Positions 1 through 10,168 of a DNA stretch of 64,000 nt are shown in pieces (position 1 is the first letter of the stretch; the number at the start of each line of letters is the position of its first letter). The DNA lies in the NCBI GenBank assembly GCA_963676835.2, contig CAXXFF010000002.1:1376001-1440000 (forward strand), read 5' to 3'. Source of the DNA: Marispirochaeta sp. Its GTDB lineage: Bacteria; Spirochaetota; Spirochaetia; JC444; Marispirochaetaceae. The notes under the pieces were generated by a model. It searched no databases, had not been told where the DNA came from, and was given only the letters and a program-made list of their open reading frames with translations. A program made the position numbers and the translations under genes.

Positions 1-255
1 GAGGCCGATAAAAACGGAACCGAGAATAGCGAAGACTGTGACGGTAAAGGTAACGGGAATACCTTTGGATACTACCTTGATAATCTGTCCGTAGGACTCA
101 TCTGCAAAAAGAAAGAGTCCGCCCAAAAGCAGTATGGAAAGGGTGAAGGTTATACGCCAGGAATCAAGAATACGGCGTTCGCTCTTTACAGGAATGAGGG
201 CCCCGTCGGTTACCTCGATGCGGGGCCCTTTTGCCGGCTGGTCTAACGCAGCCAT
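1..255 (-). CDS. Polar amino-acid ABC transporter permease (N-terminal part, runs off the window edge)
   Basis: Manual translation from ATG at 255: MAALDQPAKGPRIEVTDGALIP...KGIPVTFTVTVFAILGSVFIGL. Hydrophobic segments; overlaps the stop of the upstream amino-acid binding protein gene. Confidence 0.8.
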   Translation of the reverse strand, partial: MAALDQPAKGPRIEVTDGALIPVKSERRILDSWRITFTLSILLLGGLFLFADESYGQIIKVVSKGIPVTFTVTVFAILGSVFIGL

Positions 256-986
256 TTTTTAATCAGTTCATCCCGTTTGCCGGACTCAATAACCTTTTTC
301 AGGCCGGCATTGATTTTCTCCAGAAGCTCAGTATTGCCCTTCTGTACAGCGATTCCGTAGAACTCTTCGGTAAAGGGTTCTCCGACAATCTTGAGTTTGC
401 CTTTGTAGTTGTCATTTGCCAGAACATAGTCGGCAGCAACAGGTGAGTCACATACAACACCATCCACATTGCCGTTCATCAGATCTTCCACTGCAAGGCC
501 GATTTCATCGTATGTTTTACGTTCAACCCCTGCTACTGCTTCAACGGCAAAATCTCCGGTGGTACCAATCTGTACACCAACGGTCATTCCCTTCATGTCC
601 TGCAGGGTAGTAACACCGTTAAGTGCGGATTTTACAATCAGAATCTGTCCGGCGTTAATGTAGGGATCAGAGAAATCCATGGTGTTCTTACGTTCGTCGG
701 TGATGGTTACGGAAGAAATGATACCGTCGTAGGCGCCGTTGGCAAGGCCTGCGAAGATTCCGTCCCAGGCGGTATTCTTGATTTCATACTTAAAACCGCC
801 AGCTTTGGCAATCTCTGCCATAAGGTCGATGTCAAATCCGACCATATCGCCGTTTTCATCGATGAATTCCATGGGAGCCCAGGCAACGTCAGAGGCGATG
901 ACTATCTTGTCCTCTTTCTTGCATCCGCTTACTGCTACGAGCAGAATTAGTAAAATTGTAATAAACAGGGCACTTCGTTTCAACAT
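243..986 (-). CDS. Basic/polar amino-acid ABC transporter substrate-binding lipoprotein (family 3)
   Basis: Lipobox VSGC; family-3 motifs APMEF, GFDIDL, AWDGIFAGL and TITDERK..MDFSDPY. Confidence 0.93.
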   Translation of the reverse strand: MLKRSALFITILLILLVAVSGCKKEDKIVIASDVAWAPMEFIDENGDMVGFDIDLMAEIAKAGGFKYEIKNTAWDGIFAGLANGAYDGIISSVTITDERKNTMDFSDPYINAGQILIVKSALNGVTTLQDMKGMTVGVQIGTTGDFAVEAVAGVERKTYDEIGLAVEDLMNGNVDGVVCDSPVAADYVLANDNYKGKLKIVGEPFTEEFYGIAVQKGNTELLEKINAGLKKVIESGKRDELIKKWLR

Positions 987-1052
987 TCTTTGTTCTCCTT
1001 GAGAATCAGTTAATTTATATCAAGATAGGGTATTTCCTGTTAGGAAGTCAAT

Positions 1053-1083
1053 AAAAAAACCGCTCTCCATGGCAGGAGAGCGG
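1053..1083 (-). terminator. Intrinsic terminator downstream of the PPIase gene
   Basis: Stem CCGCTCTCC/GGAGAGCGG (1060-1083) with an adjacent A7 run that reads as a U-tract on the - strand. Confidence 0.8.
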
Positions 1084-1105
1084 CTTTAATTCGGGCAAAA
1101 TTCGG

Positions 1106-2239
1106 TTAGTCGGCCGACTGGGGTTCCGCTGCCGGTGCCGGCGGAGCGGGTTTCAGATCCGGGCGCAGGATCTTTATATCCGATGCTTTCTGGGCGTTTA
1201 CCAGAAACTCTTCGAAAACCATCTGCTGCTTTCTCGGCTGCAGCTGTTCCATCAGCGACTGCCGGGCCTGGTCAAAGGTGGGCAGCCAGGGCTCTTTTTT
1301 GCCTTCCACCTTTATAATGTGGTAACCGAAGCTGGTTTCAACAATGCCGCTGATCTCTCCTGCATTCAGTGCAAAGGCAGCCTCGGAAAAGGGTTTGACC
1401 ATTTTATCCGCGGGAAAAAATCCCAGATCTCCTCCGTTTACGCTTGAGGGGCCTTCGGATTTTTCCTTTGCCAGTTCTGCGAAGTCCGCACCTCCCGCCA
1501 GTTCCTGCTGAATGGCTTCAATTCTGCTCAATGCATCTGCCTTCTGTTCCGCTGTAGCATCCTCTGCTACTTTTATAAGGATATGCCTGGCATGTACGGT
1601 TTCCGGCTGGGTTATCTGTTCGAGGTTTGCGTTATAGGCCCTGCGCAGTTCCTCTTCGGTAACTGCGACATCCCGAATTACCTCCTGCTGGAGAACAAAG
1701 ACCTGGAGGCTCTGGGTAATCTCCTTGCGCAGCCGGTCCATGGTGTAGCCTTTTGCATTAAGCTCCTGCTGAAAGGCTTCTTCCGTGGGATATTTGTCTT
1801 TTACTTCCTGCATTTCCATATCCACCCTGTCGGGGTCGACGGAAAGGTTCAGTTCTCTGAACTTCTGTAAAAGCACATACTTGGTTATCATTGCCTGGAG
1901 TACCTGCTTTTCCAGTACGCTTTCCTGGTCGGGGGTAAGTGTTTTGCCTGTCTGCAGGGTGTAGTTCATCTTGTTATTATCCATCTGGGCATCGAATGCC
2001 TCTTCGGTGATGGATTCGCCGTTAACTGTGGCTATGGCTCCGGTGTTAACCGAAAGTGAAGAACGTCTTTTCTCAGGTTCTTCATCTGAAGAAGAAGCCG
2101 GTTGTGCTGCGGCGGTGCTTTCGGGTTTGGCCGGAGTTTCTGCTTTTTCTTTCTGTCCTCCCGCGAAAATCGGGACAGAAAGGGTGGTGAGCAGAAGAAA
2201 CAGGCTTAGAGATGTACGTATCATTGGTCGCGAAATCAT
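1106..2239 (-). CDS. PpiC/parvulin-type peptidyl-prolyl isomerase with SurA-like N-terminal domain (PrsA/SurA-like foldase)
   Basis: Signal peptide; IATVNGESIT; parvulin motifs HARHILI, FAELAKEKSEGPS..GGDLGFF and ETSFGYHIIKV. An AAGGAG RBS favours the ATG at 2239. Confidence 0.9.
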   Translation of the reverse strand: MISRPMIRTSLSLFLLLTTLSVPIFAGGQKEKAETPAKPESTAAAQPASSSDEEPEKRRSSLSVNTGAIATVNGESITEEAFDAQMDNNKMNYTLQTGKTLTPDQESVLEKQVLQAMITKYVLLQKFRELNLSVDPDRVDMEMQEVKDKYPTEEAFQQELNAKGYTMDRLRKEITQSLQVFVLQQEVIRDVAVTEEELRRAYNANLEQITQPETVHARHILIKVAEDATAEQKADALSRIEAIQQELAGGADFAELAKEKSEGPSSVNGGDLGFFPADKMVKPFSEAAFALNAGEISGIVETSFGYHIIKVEGKKEPWLPTFDQARQSLMEQLQPRKQQMVFEEFLVNAQKASDIKILRPDLKPAPPAPAAEPQSAD

Positions 2240-2403
2240 TATCACTCCTTTATTTCACTCCTGTATATCGGTCATATATTAGACCCTAGGACTATAGCTC
2301 ATCAGGACATTTTTGTCAGGCAGAAGGTTTATACTTGACTATGCAGGTAATAAATAGCGAATTTTATATATGGCCTCGTGTTTATTTCTAGGAGGAGATA
2401 GTC

Positions 2404-2952
2404 GTGAAAAGATACCTGAAACACGCAATTTTTCTGCTTCTGTATATGAGTTTGGCAGTCAACCTGCTGGCAGATACCTCATGGCTTCCGGGGTACCGGG
2501 TGTATGGTGAAGATGATTCAGTGTCGTATCCGGTTCAAATGACAGACCGGGAATGGAAAAGCCGTCTATCAGAGGAACAGTTTTATATTCTACGGGAAAA
2601 GGGCACCGAATATGCGTATACCGGGGAGTATGACAAATTCTATAAGAAAGGTACCTACTACTCGGCAGCTACCGGCCAGCCTTTGTTCCGGTCTTCTGCC
2701 AAATTTAATTCCGGTACCGGCTGGCCCAGCTTCTTTGCCCCTGTAGACCGGAGTGCGGTAGTTCTTATTGAGGACAATTCCCTCTTTATGCAGAGGGTAG
2801 AGGTTGTAGACAGCCTGAGCGGTTCTCATCTGGGGCATGTTTTTCCCGACGGACCTGCTCCCACGGGGCTGCGTTTCTGTATAAACTCGGATGCGCTCAT
2901 CTTTGTCCCTGAAGGGGAGGAGCCCCCTGAGCTGATTAACAGCGGCCGCTGA
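2404..2952 (+). CDS. msrB: Peptide-methionine (R)-S-oxide reductase with signal peptide
   Basis: [15 protein letters not shown] and [21 protein letters not shown] motifs; lacks the Zn CxxC pairs; RBS AGGAGG. Confidence 0.95.
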   Translation: MKRYLKHAIFLLLYMSLAVNLLADTSWLPGYRVYGEDDSVSYPVQMTDREWKSRLSEEQFYILREKGTEYAYTGEYDKFYKKGTYYSAATGQPLFRSSAKFNSGTGWPSFFAPVDRSAVVLIEDNSLFMQRVEVVDSLSGSHLGHVFPDGPAPTGLRFCINSDALIFVPEGEEPPELINSGR

Positions 2953-3069
2953 CACGTAAGCTGCAGACGGACAGATATTTCTTGCCGAAGCGCATCTTCA
3001 GCGATACCATTAATAGTGGAGCTACCGCTGATTGTGCACCTGTCATGAATGTGTGAATGGAGGTTTGGC

Positions 3070-3555
3070 ATGAAAAAGATACTGATTGCATATGATTTTT
3101 CCGACCTGAGCGGTCCGGTACTGCGAACAGCTTCAGACCTTGCAAAGGCCTTCAACGCTTCTGTACTGCTTCTGCATACTGAACCGCCCCGTACCGGCTA
3201 TATCTATTACTCTCCCGGTTATACCTATCATGGAATTCTCGGTTTCGGCCTGGAGGAGACGGTGATGCAGGAGATAGAATCGGAGCAGCTCAAACACGAC
3301 CGGCAGGCTCTGGATGTTCTTGAGAAGCAGCTGGAGAAAGACGGCATAGCTGCGGAATCGCTGCTGTTGACCGGAGATCCCTCTGCGGCGATCCTGGATA
3401 CGGCCCGTGAACAGGAAGTCGATATGGTAGTCGTGGGCGCCCATTCCCATGGTGCTTTTTATAAATTTCTCTTCGGCTGTGTTGATGCGGATCTGGTTCA
3501 GAAAGCCCCCTGTCCGGTGCTTATTGTGCCGGAAACAGCGGTCAAAAAGCAGTAG
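3070..3555 (+). CDS. Universal stress protein (UspA family)
   Basis: MKKILIAYDFS N-terminus; GDPSAAIL, DMVVVGAH and APCPVLIVP motifs. Confidence 0.92.
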   Translation: MKKILIAYDFSDLSGPVLRTASDLAKAFNASVLLLHTEPPRTGYIYYSPGYTYHGILGFGLEETVMQEIESEQLKHDRQALDVLEKQLEKDGIAAESLLLTGDPSAAILDTAREQEVDMVVVGAHSHGAFYKFLFGCVDADLVQKAPCPVLIVPETAVKKQ

Positions 3556-3643
3556 ACCCATCGCTTGTAACGAATCAGGCTTTTAACTACAATGCCTCTC
3601 ATATCGCCTTCCTTAAAAATGAGAAGAATGAGAGGAGTTCTGT

Positions 3644-5335
3644 ATGAGCGACGTGGAAAGCAAATCCAATTTTATCTGGGATGCCATCGATACGGATATT
3701 GCTGCCGGCAAAGTAAAGGATAAGGTTATTACCCGCTTTCCGCCGGAACCGAACGCCTATCTGCATATCGGCCATGCCAAGGCCATTTATATCGATTTTG
3801 AAACCGCCCGCCGCTATGGCGGACACACCAACCTGCGCATGGATGATACCAATCCTCTCAAGGAGGAGCAGGAGTACATCGACGGTATTCAGGAAGATGT
3901 CCTCTGGCTGGGCTATCAGTGGGAAAACCTTACCTATGCTTCCGACGTTTTTGATACCATGTATGAACTTGCCGAAATGATGGTCGAAAAGGGCCTTGCC
4001 TATGTTGATGATCTTTCTGCAGAAGAGATTCGTGAATATCGCGGAACTCTGACGGAGCCTGGCAAGGAGAGTCCCCACCGAAACCGGACTCCCGGGGAGA
4101 ACATGGATCTGTTCCGCCGTATGCGGGATGGCGAGTTCAAGGACGGTGAAAAGGTTCTGCGTGCAAAAATAGATATGACCTCGGGCAATATTAATATGCG
4201 CGACCCGGTTATGTACCGGATTCAGCATGCCGACCACTATCGTCAGGGTGGAAAATGGTGTATCTACCCAATGTATGACTGGGCCCACGGCCTTGAGGAC
4301 TCTTTTGAGGGGGTAACCCATTCTCTCTGTACCCTGGAGTTTGAGGATCACCGTCCTCTGTATGACTGGTTTCTTCTCCAGCTCCCGATACACAAGCCGC
4401 GGCAGATAGAGTTCAGCAGGCTGCAGATTACCCGAACCCTGCTTTCCAAGCGTTTTTATATTCGTCTCATGCAGGATAAACTTATCTCCGGCTGGGATGA
4501 TCCCAGGGTTCCGACGATCCGTGGTCTGCGCCGCCGCGGGTATACCCCTGAAGCCATCAAGGCCTTTGTGGAGATGATCGGTATATCAAAATCCCACAGT
4601 GTTATCGATTCGGGAATGCTCGAATTCTGTCTGCGGGAAGATCTGAACCGGCGTTCTCTGCGGCGGATGGCGGTGCTGAAGCCGGTGAAGCTTACCATAA
4701 GCAACTATCCCGAGGATCAGGTTGAATGGTTCGACGGGGAGAATAATCCCGAAGATCCGGAAGGTGGAAGCCGAAAGATCCCCTTCTGTCGGGATCTCTA
4801 TATTGAAGCAGAGGATTTTATGATCGATCCTCCCAAAAAGTTTTTCCGTCTCGGTCCGGGCAGGGAAATACGGCTGAAGCATGCCTACTATGTCACCTGT
4901 ACGGACTTTACTCAGGATGCCGATGGAAATGTTACAGAAATTGTCTGTACCTACGACCCTGAGAGCAGGGGAGGATGGTCTGAGGACGGGCGCAAGGTAA
5001 AGGGAACCAGTCACTGGGTAAGTGCAAGGCATGCGGTGGATGCCGAGGTGCGTAACTACTCAGACCTTTTCAAGGTGGAAAAGCCCTGGGAAAATACTGA
5101 AGACTTTGCTGCGATAATGAATGAGAACTCCCTGGAAGTACTCGAAGGTGTGAAAATCGAACCGGAACTGGCTGCGGCTGCGGCTGGATCTGTCAATGGA
5201 AGCATTGAAGGTATCTTTCAGTTTCTCCGTCAGGGATATTACACCGTTGATCTGGATTCAACTCCCGACAAGCCGGTTTTCAACCGGACTGTCGGGCTGA
5301 AAGACAGCTGGGCAAAGACGCAGAAAAAGGGCTGA
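3644..5335 (+). CDS. glnS: Glutamine--tRNA ligase
   Basis: [18 protein letters not shown] (HIGH), [22 protein letters not shown], and C-terminal [17 protein letters not shown]. Confidence 0.97.
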   Translation: MSDVESKSNFIWDAIDTDIAAGKVKDKVITRFPPEPNAYLHIGHAKAIYIDFETARRYGGHTNLRMDDTNPLKEEQEYIDGIQEDVLWLGYQWENLTYASDVFDTMYELAEMMVEKGLAYVDDLSAEEIREYRGTLTEPGKESPHRNRTPGENMDLFRRMRDGEFKDGEKVLRAKIDMTSGNINMRDPVMYRIQHADHYRQGGKWCIYPMYDWAHGLEDSFEGVTHSLCTLEFEDHRPLYDWFLLQLPIHKPRQIEFSRLQITRTLLSKRFYIRLMQDKLISGWDDPRVPTIRGLRRRGYTPEAIKAFVEMIGISKSHSVIDSGMLEFCLREDLNRRSLRRMAVLKPVKLTISNYPEDQVEWFDGENNPEDPEGGSRKIPFCRDLYIEAEDFMIDPPKKFFRLGPGREIRLKHAYYVTCTDFTQDADGNVTEIVCTYDPESRGGWSEDGRKVKGTSHWVSARHAVDAEVRNYSDLFKVEKPWENTEDFAAIMNENSLEVLEGVKIEPELAAAAAGSVNGSIEGIFQFLRQGYYTVDLDSTPDKPVFNRTVGLKDSWAKTQKKG

Positions 5336-5345
5336 CAGGGGGTTT

Positions 5346-5873
5346 TTATTCCTGCTCTTCTTCTTTTGAGTCTTTTCTGCTGTCTGTTTCCTGATTGGCT
5401 TCGGAGAGAATACCGAGTTCTTCTTCGCTGAATACCTGGCTGGTATTCAGTATGATGATAAAATCTTCCCCGATTTTGCCTATACCTTTAATAAAAGCGG
5501 CATTGATCTGGGTGCTGAACTTCGGCGCCGGTTCAATGCTGCTGTGTTCAATCTCTACAACTTCGCTTACGGAATCAACAAAGGCTCCAACCTGAATCTC
5601 TTCACCTTCGTTAATTATCTCCAGAATTATTATGCTGGTGTCTTCGGTCTGCTGGGTGGAGGGAAGTTCCAGTTTCAGCCGCAGGTCGATAACGGGAACT
5701 ACGCTTCCCCTGAGGTTTATTACACCCTTCATAAATGCAGGCATCCTGGGTATCCGGGTTATCCGGGGAACCTCAAGAACCTCCCGCACACCCTGTACAT
5801 CTACTGCATAGCTTTCGTTTTCAAGGTTAAAGGTAAGGTACTGATGGGAAACAGCTGTTTGTGTGCCGGACAT
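5346..5873 (-). CDS. cheW: Chemotaxis coupling protein CheW
   Basis: QYLTF, VREVLE, GVINLRGSVVPVIDLR and VDSVSEV motifs; GGAGG RBS before the ATG at 5873. Confidence 0.93.
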   Translation of the reverse strand: MSGTQTAVSHQYLTFNLENESYAVDVQGVREVLEVPRITRIPRMPAFMKGVINLRGSVVPVIDLRLKLELPSTQQTEDTSIIILEIINEGEEIQVGAFVDSVSEVVEIEHSSIEPAPKFSTQINAAFIKGIGKIGEDFIIILNTSQVFSEEELGILSEANQETDSRKDSKEEEQE

Positions 5874-5948
5874 GGATTGCCTCCTCTTACCATCTATTAT
5901 GATTCCAAAAGTCAGACTATGCAAATTCCGGCGGCATTTTTTCTCCGA

Positions 5949-6734
5949 CTATACGGCAGTCTGCGCCTGTTTTTTGTTCCGGTCGGCAATAAGCCTGAGT
6001 CCTTCCAGTATCAGCCATGGTTCAACCAGAGTAATACTTTCTGTCAGGGGGGCAATAACCGGCGCTCTCCCTCCGGTGGCGATTACTGTCGCCTCTCCGC
6101 CAAGTTCCAGGCGTATACGTCGGATAAGCCCTTCCACGAGGCCGGCATACCCGAAGAGAACTCCTGAGCGGATTGACTGGGTGGTATTTTTGCCGATTGC
6201 CTTTTCCGGAGGCTGGAGCCATACCTGGGGAAGCTGGGCAGTTGATGATGAAAGGGCTGCAGCAGCAGCCTGAATCCCCGGAGCAATGGCCACGCCAACC
6301 AGTTCGCCCGGTTTCTGAACCGCCGTAAAGGTGAGAGCTGTTCCGAAGTCGACGACTATGCAGTTGCCGCCGACCCGCTGGTAGGCGGCAACGGCGTTAC
6401 AGACAAGGTCGGTGCCAACTTCAGAGGGGTTGTCGGTGCGGATTTTAATGCCGGTTTTTACTCCGGGCCCCACAATTATAGGCTCTCTTCCGGTAAGGGC
6501 TTCAATCACTTCACGGAGTTTTTCGGTTAACAGGGGAACCACCGAACTGATAATGGAGGTGTCGATGGCCTCCCGGGGGATGCCTTCTTCCCTGAGAATG
6601 TCCCGGAAAAGCACGGCGTATTCATCAGGCATCTTGTTGTGGTCTGTGTGAATTCGCCATTGGCCGATCCAGCCTGAGCCTCCGAAGAGGCCCAGCACTA
6701 TATTTGAGTTTCCGATATCAACAGCAAGCAGCAT
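5949..6734 (-). CDS. coaX: Type III pantothenate kinase
   Basis: LLAVDIGNSNI, SSVVP, EVGTDL, VVDFGTA, IGKNT and IATGG motifs. Confidence 0.95.
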   Translation of the reverse strand: MLLAVDIGNSNIVLGLFGGSGWIGQWRIHTDHNKMPDEYAVLFRDILREEGIPREAIDTSIISSVVPLLTEKLREVIEALTGREPIIVGPGVKTGIKIRTDNPSEVGTDLVCNAVAAYQRVGGNCIVVDFGTALTFTAVQKPGELVGVAIAPGIQAAAAALSSSTAQLPQVWLQPPEKAIGKNTTQSIRSGVLFGYAGLVEGLIRRIRLELGGEATVIATGGRAPVIAPLTESITLVEPWLILEGLRLIADRNKKQAQTAV

Positions 6735-6739
6735 GCCTG

Positions 6740-7315
6740 TTATTCCTGTTCATCCGGCAGGTCCGGCAGGGAGGATTTTCCCTGGCCGCTATCGATTCGT
6801 TTCCATGCGCTCACAACCGCAAGTGAAATAATTGCCGCTGCCCCTGCTTCCGCTACTCCGTTGGTGGCGGCCACTCCGGCAGCGACAGACCAGGGTAAAA
6901 AGTTGAGCAGGCTTAATGCACCCAGAACCAGTATGGTGTTGGTCAGGCTGCCGGCGATTCCAGCGGCAATAATCCCGGGTACAGGGTATTTCTTCAGCAG
7001 ATTCCATACTCCCCAGGCGGCAACTCCGATCAGAAGCCGGGGAAGGACGGAGACCAGGGGATTCTGGAACATCAGATCAATCGGCCCCTGGGGGGCGATC
7101 ATTGCCCTGATCATGCCGAAAAGACCGAAGACGAGGCCGATTATGGTTCCCGCAATGGGGCCCTCGAGAATTGCCCCGATGATAACCGGAATATGCATGG
7201 TAGTGAGGGATGCCCCGGCAAACCAGGGGATAAACCCCAGGGGGGTCATTGCCAGAACGATGGAAAGAGCACCCAGAGCTCCTGTTGTGGCAATAGAACG
7301 GGTTTTTGAAGTCAT
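6740..7315 (-). CDS. panT: ECF transporter S component, pantothenate (PanT-like)
   Basis: TPLGFIP, TTMHIPVIIGAILEGP, VLPRLLIG, GSLTNTILVL and NGVAE motifs; lies next to coaX. Confidence 0.85.
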   Translation of the reverse strand: MTSKTRSIATTGALGALSIVLAMTPLGFIPWFAGASLTTMHIPVIIGAILEGPIAGTIIGLVFGLFGMIRAMIAPQGPIDLMFQNPLVSVLPRLLIGVAAWGVWNLLKKYPVPGIIAAGIAGSLTNTILVLGALSLLNFLPWSVAAGVAATNGVAEAGAAAIISLAVVSAWKRIDSGQGKSSLPDLPDEQE

Positions 7316-8181
7316 ATGTTTCTCCTTAAAGGCAGGTTTATTTGAATAGTCTCCATGAGACTTTTATCGGTTCCGAGGTAGTGAAGTACAAGGGCCAGGG
7401 CAAAAACGGTAAAACATACACACAGGCAGATATTGTCCAGGCGGGTGATTGATTGGTTTTTCAGCCGTGTTCGTGTTCTCTCTTCCCTGAATCCCCTGAG
7501 GTGGATGGATTCTGCCAGGACCTCCGCTCTGTGCAGGGTGCTGAGGAAAAGGGGTACCATAAGAGGAACAGACGCATAAATCCTCTTAAAAGGATTTGAT
7601 GAGCGGAACCCGAGGCTTCCCCCCCTGGCGGTCTGGGCCTTTATCAGCCGCAGGCTCTCTTCCCGAAGGATGGGAATAAAGCGGAAGGTGAGCATTGAAA
7701 CAAGGGCAAGTGAGCCGGTTTTAAAGCCTGCTTTCTGCAGGGGAGTGAGCAGTGCTTCCAGTCCGTAGCTTATCTCTGCGGTATTCATGGAGGCGGTAGT
7801 TATGCCCAGAAGGGTCATGAAGCAGAGAATCCTGAGGCTCAGAAGGATCACCGCGGGGATATCCGTATAGTAGAGGATCGGTTCCCCCGTCGTTCTGGGC
7901 AGAGTCAGGGCGTGAATAAGCAGCACCAGCAGTAAAAACGGGAGCACCGGAACAAGGGGCTTCAGCAGCGAAGCAGTACTGATACACCCTGCAGCCGCGG
8001 CAATAATAAAAAACAGCAGCAGCAGTGTGAGACTGCTTATGGATGATGCCATGCTGATTACAGCAATTCCTGCAATCAGAAGAATAATCTTCACTCCTGG
8101 ATGAATCCTGCGCAGGGGGCCGCAGTCTCCGTGGAGGGATCTGAAATTCAGTCCGGAACCGAAGGAGCTGAAATCTTTCAT
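7312..8181 (-). CDS. ecfT: ECF transporter transmembrane component T
   Basis: HPGVK, LTFRFIPILREE, AQTARG and VPLMVPLF motifs. Confidence 0.9.
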   Translation of the reverse strand: MKDFSSFGSGLNFRSLHGDCGPLRRIHPGVKIILLIAGIAVISMASSISSLTLLLLFFIIAAAAGCISTASLLKPLVPVLPFLLLVLLIHALTLPRTTGEPILYYTDIPAVILLSLRILCFMTLLGITTASMNTAEISYGLEALLTPLQKAGFKTGSLALVSMLTFRFIPILREESLRLIKAQTARGGSLGFRSSNPFKRIYASVPLMVPLFLSTLHRAEVLAESIHLRGFREERTRTRLKNQSITRLDNICLCVCFTVFALALVLHYLGTDKSLMETIQINLPLRRNI

Positions 8182-9053
8182 GATAAACTTCTCCCGGGCT
8201 GTACTGCATCGAAAATCAGCTTTCCCATTTGATCTGCATTCATTCCGGCATCAAACCCTTCCAGTGAAATGCCCTGTTTGAGCAGCAGGTTTCTCAATTG
8301 AAAAATATCCGGGGGAAGAATAGATGCTTCCTCCAGGAGCTCCTGCTGCAGGAAAAGTTTCCGGGGAGGCGCTGTGGCGATAATACGGCCCCGGGAAAGC
8401 ATAACCACCATATCCGCTTTCAGGGTATGATTCATGTTGTGGGTTGAGAACAGTACGGTTTTTCCCCGTTTCTTCAAGGTCTGTATCAGCTGCATAAGGC
8501 TGTCGGCGGCTGCAGGATCGAGTCCTGCAGCAGGCTCATCAAGGATCAGGATATCCGGGTCCAGGGCAAGCACCCCCGCAAGGGCGGCCTTGCGCCGTTC
8601 ACCCCCTGAGAGAGAGAGGGCCTGGCGGTCTTTGTATTCACCGTAGGGGAGCCCGGCGGTTTCCATGGCACTTTTTACCCTCAGGGCAAGTTCCTGTCCT
8701 TCCAGGCCGTAGTTGGAGGGCCCGAATGCCACATCGTCTCCCACATAGGTTTTGAACAGCATATCCTCCGGGCGCTGCATGGCCATGACTGCCTTCTGAC
8801 GCAGTATGTCCAGATCCTTCTCTTTAAGACCTTTTCTGTGCAGCGAAATACCTGCAACCTCAGCCTGGCCCTCTGTGGGCAGAAGAATGGCTGCAATAAG
8901 CTGAAGAAGTGTTGATTTTCCGCTGCCGGTGGTGCCGATAAATGCGGTAATTCCGCCTGCGGGAATTTCAAGGTTTATATCCTGAAGCGTCAGGTGAGAA
9001 TCCTCTGTGTGGTAGCGATAGCAGACTTTGGAAAGATGAATAACGGTGCTCAT
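8178..9053 (-). CDS. ecfA2: ECF transporter ATPase (EcfA2-type)
   Basis: Walker A GTTGSGKST, DVAFGP, LSGGERRK and LDEPAAGLDP. Confidence 0.88.
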   Translation of the reverse strand: MSTVIHLSKVCYRYHTEDSHLTLQDINLEIPAGGITAFIGTTGSGKSTLLQLIAAILLPTEGQAEVAGISLHRKGLKEKDLDILRQKAVMAMQRPEDMLFKTYVGDDVAFGPSNYGLEGQELALRVKSAMETAGLPYGEYKDRQALSLSGGERRKAALAGVLALDPDILILDEPAAGLDPAAADSLMQLIQTLKKRGKTVLFSTHNMNHTLKADMVVMLSRGRIIATAPPRKLFLQQELLEEASILPPDIFQLRNLLLKQGISLEGFDAGMNADQMGKLIFDAVQPGRSLS

Positions 9054-9859
9054 TACTCTGTCTCCCCGCCTGAAGCTATCAGTGCAGCCAGTTCTTCCAG
9101 GCTTGAGGGGTGCCGGGTAAAAGAGAGCCCCATGCTTTCCAGTGCCTCGGTAATTTTCAGGGTAAAGGGCTGATGAAGATCCCTGCGGATGCGGAAAACT
9201 TCTTCCGGCTTTCCATAGTTGCTGATCCGTCCCTTATCCATCACTGCCAGCCGGTCTGCCGCAAGGGCCTCTTCCGGGTGGTGGGATATGCTGAGTACTC
9301 CGATATTCTGCCGGGTAAGCCTGCGGCAGAGTTTATAGAAATTCCTGCGGGCCTCAGGATCCAGCATGGAGGACGATTCGTCAAAAAGAATATACTCCGG
9401 CTGCATGGCAAGTACCCCGGCTATGGCCAGGCGCTGCTGCTGACCTACGGAAAGAGCCCCGGTTTCCTGTTTCTCCATTCCGGTAAGGCCCATGGCCTGC
9501 AGGGCTTCCCTGACTCTGGCGGCAATCTCTTCTCTGGGCAGTCCCAGGTTCTCCGGTCCGAAGGCCGCTTCATCATCCACTTCGCCGGCTATCAGCTGAT
9601 CTTTCGGGTCCTGCCGGACCAGGCCGACCCTGCTGCTTTCGGGGGAATCTCCGGGATTCATTTTATTTCCGTTGATAAGGATCTCTCCCCCGGAGGCGGG
9701 GAGCAGGCCGGCGATGACCCGTGCGAGGGTAGATTTGCCGGAACCGTTTGAGCCCATGAGAACACAGAGTTCCCCCGGTTTCAGACTGAAGTCAAGGTCT
9801 GTGAGTACTGTCCTGTCGGACCCCGGGTAGCGGCAGCTGAGATTGCGCAGCTCAAGCAC
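9053..9859 (-). CDS. ecfA1: ECF transporter ATPase (EcfA1-type)
   Basis: Walker A GSNGSGKST, AFGPENLGLP, LSVGQQQRLAIAG and FDESSSMLDP; GTG start. Confidence 0.88.
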   Translation of the reverse strand: MLELRNLSCRYPGSDRTVLTDLDFSLKPGELCVLMGSNGSGKSTLARVIAGLLPASGGEILINGNKMNPGDSPESSRVGLVRQDPKDQLIAGEVDDEAAFGPENLGLPREEIAARVREALQAMGLTGMEKQETGALSVGQQQRLAIAGVLAMQPEYILFDESSSMLDPEARRNFYKLCRRLTRQNIGVLSISHHPEEALAADRLAVMDKGRISNYGKPEEVFRIRRDLHQPFTLKITEALESMGLSFTRHPSSLEELAALIASGGETE

Positions 9860-9947
9860 GGTGGATACCTTTCACAAAGGCCGGTGTGAGATTTTCGAGT
9901 CTGTTGGTGCAGGGTGTAATCCCCTGTATAATCATCATAATCCTTCG

Positions 9948-9980
9948 GACGTCTCGGTCGTCTTATCTGATCCAAGCGTC
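9948..9980 (-). ncRNA. pan-motif-like cis-regulatory RNA hairpin in the leader of the pantothenate operon
   Basis: - strand reads GACG-CUUGG-A-UC-loop-GA-CCGAG-A-CGUC, a stem with two bulged A residues. It lies between a sigma70-like promoter and ecfA1-ecfA2-ecfT-panT-coaX. Confidence 0.65.
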
Positions 9981-9988
9981 ACGCTGCA

Positions 9989-10017
9989 AAGTTAACGAAC
10001 CTTCCATCTTTGGTCAA
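9989..10017 (-). promoter_or_regulatory. sigma70-type promoter of the ECF-panT-coaX operon
   Basis: TTGACC (10017-10012), 17-bp spacer, TAACTT (9994-9989). Confidence 0.6.
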
Positions 10018-10059
10018 GGTCAATTTTGAGGCTTTGTGTATTGCAGGGCTAAGGTGTAA

Positions 10060-10088
10060 TTGACCCGCCGGGGTTATACCTGTACCTT
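10060..10088 (+). promoter_or_regulatory. Candidate csoR promoter with a C-tract/G-tract operator-like palindrome
   Basis: TTGACC-17-TACCTT; TGACCC-GCCG-GGGTTA overlaps the -35 and spacer and resembles CsoR-family operators. Confidence 0.4.
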
Positions 10089-10168
10089 TTTTTACAGGAT
10101 TTTTTACAGGTTTGCAGGATTTTCTGCTGTGGTTTCTGTGGAAAATATTTTAAGGAGAATATACGTAT

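Noticed and set aside
10085..10125. Short direct repeats TTTTTTTACAGG; similarly TTTGACTCTTC x2 at 25382-25403
   Set aside because: Two-copy micro-duplications in AT-rich promoter DNA, compatible with slippage.
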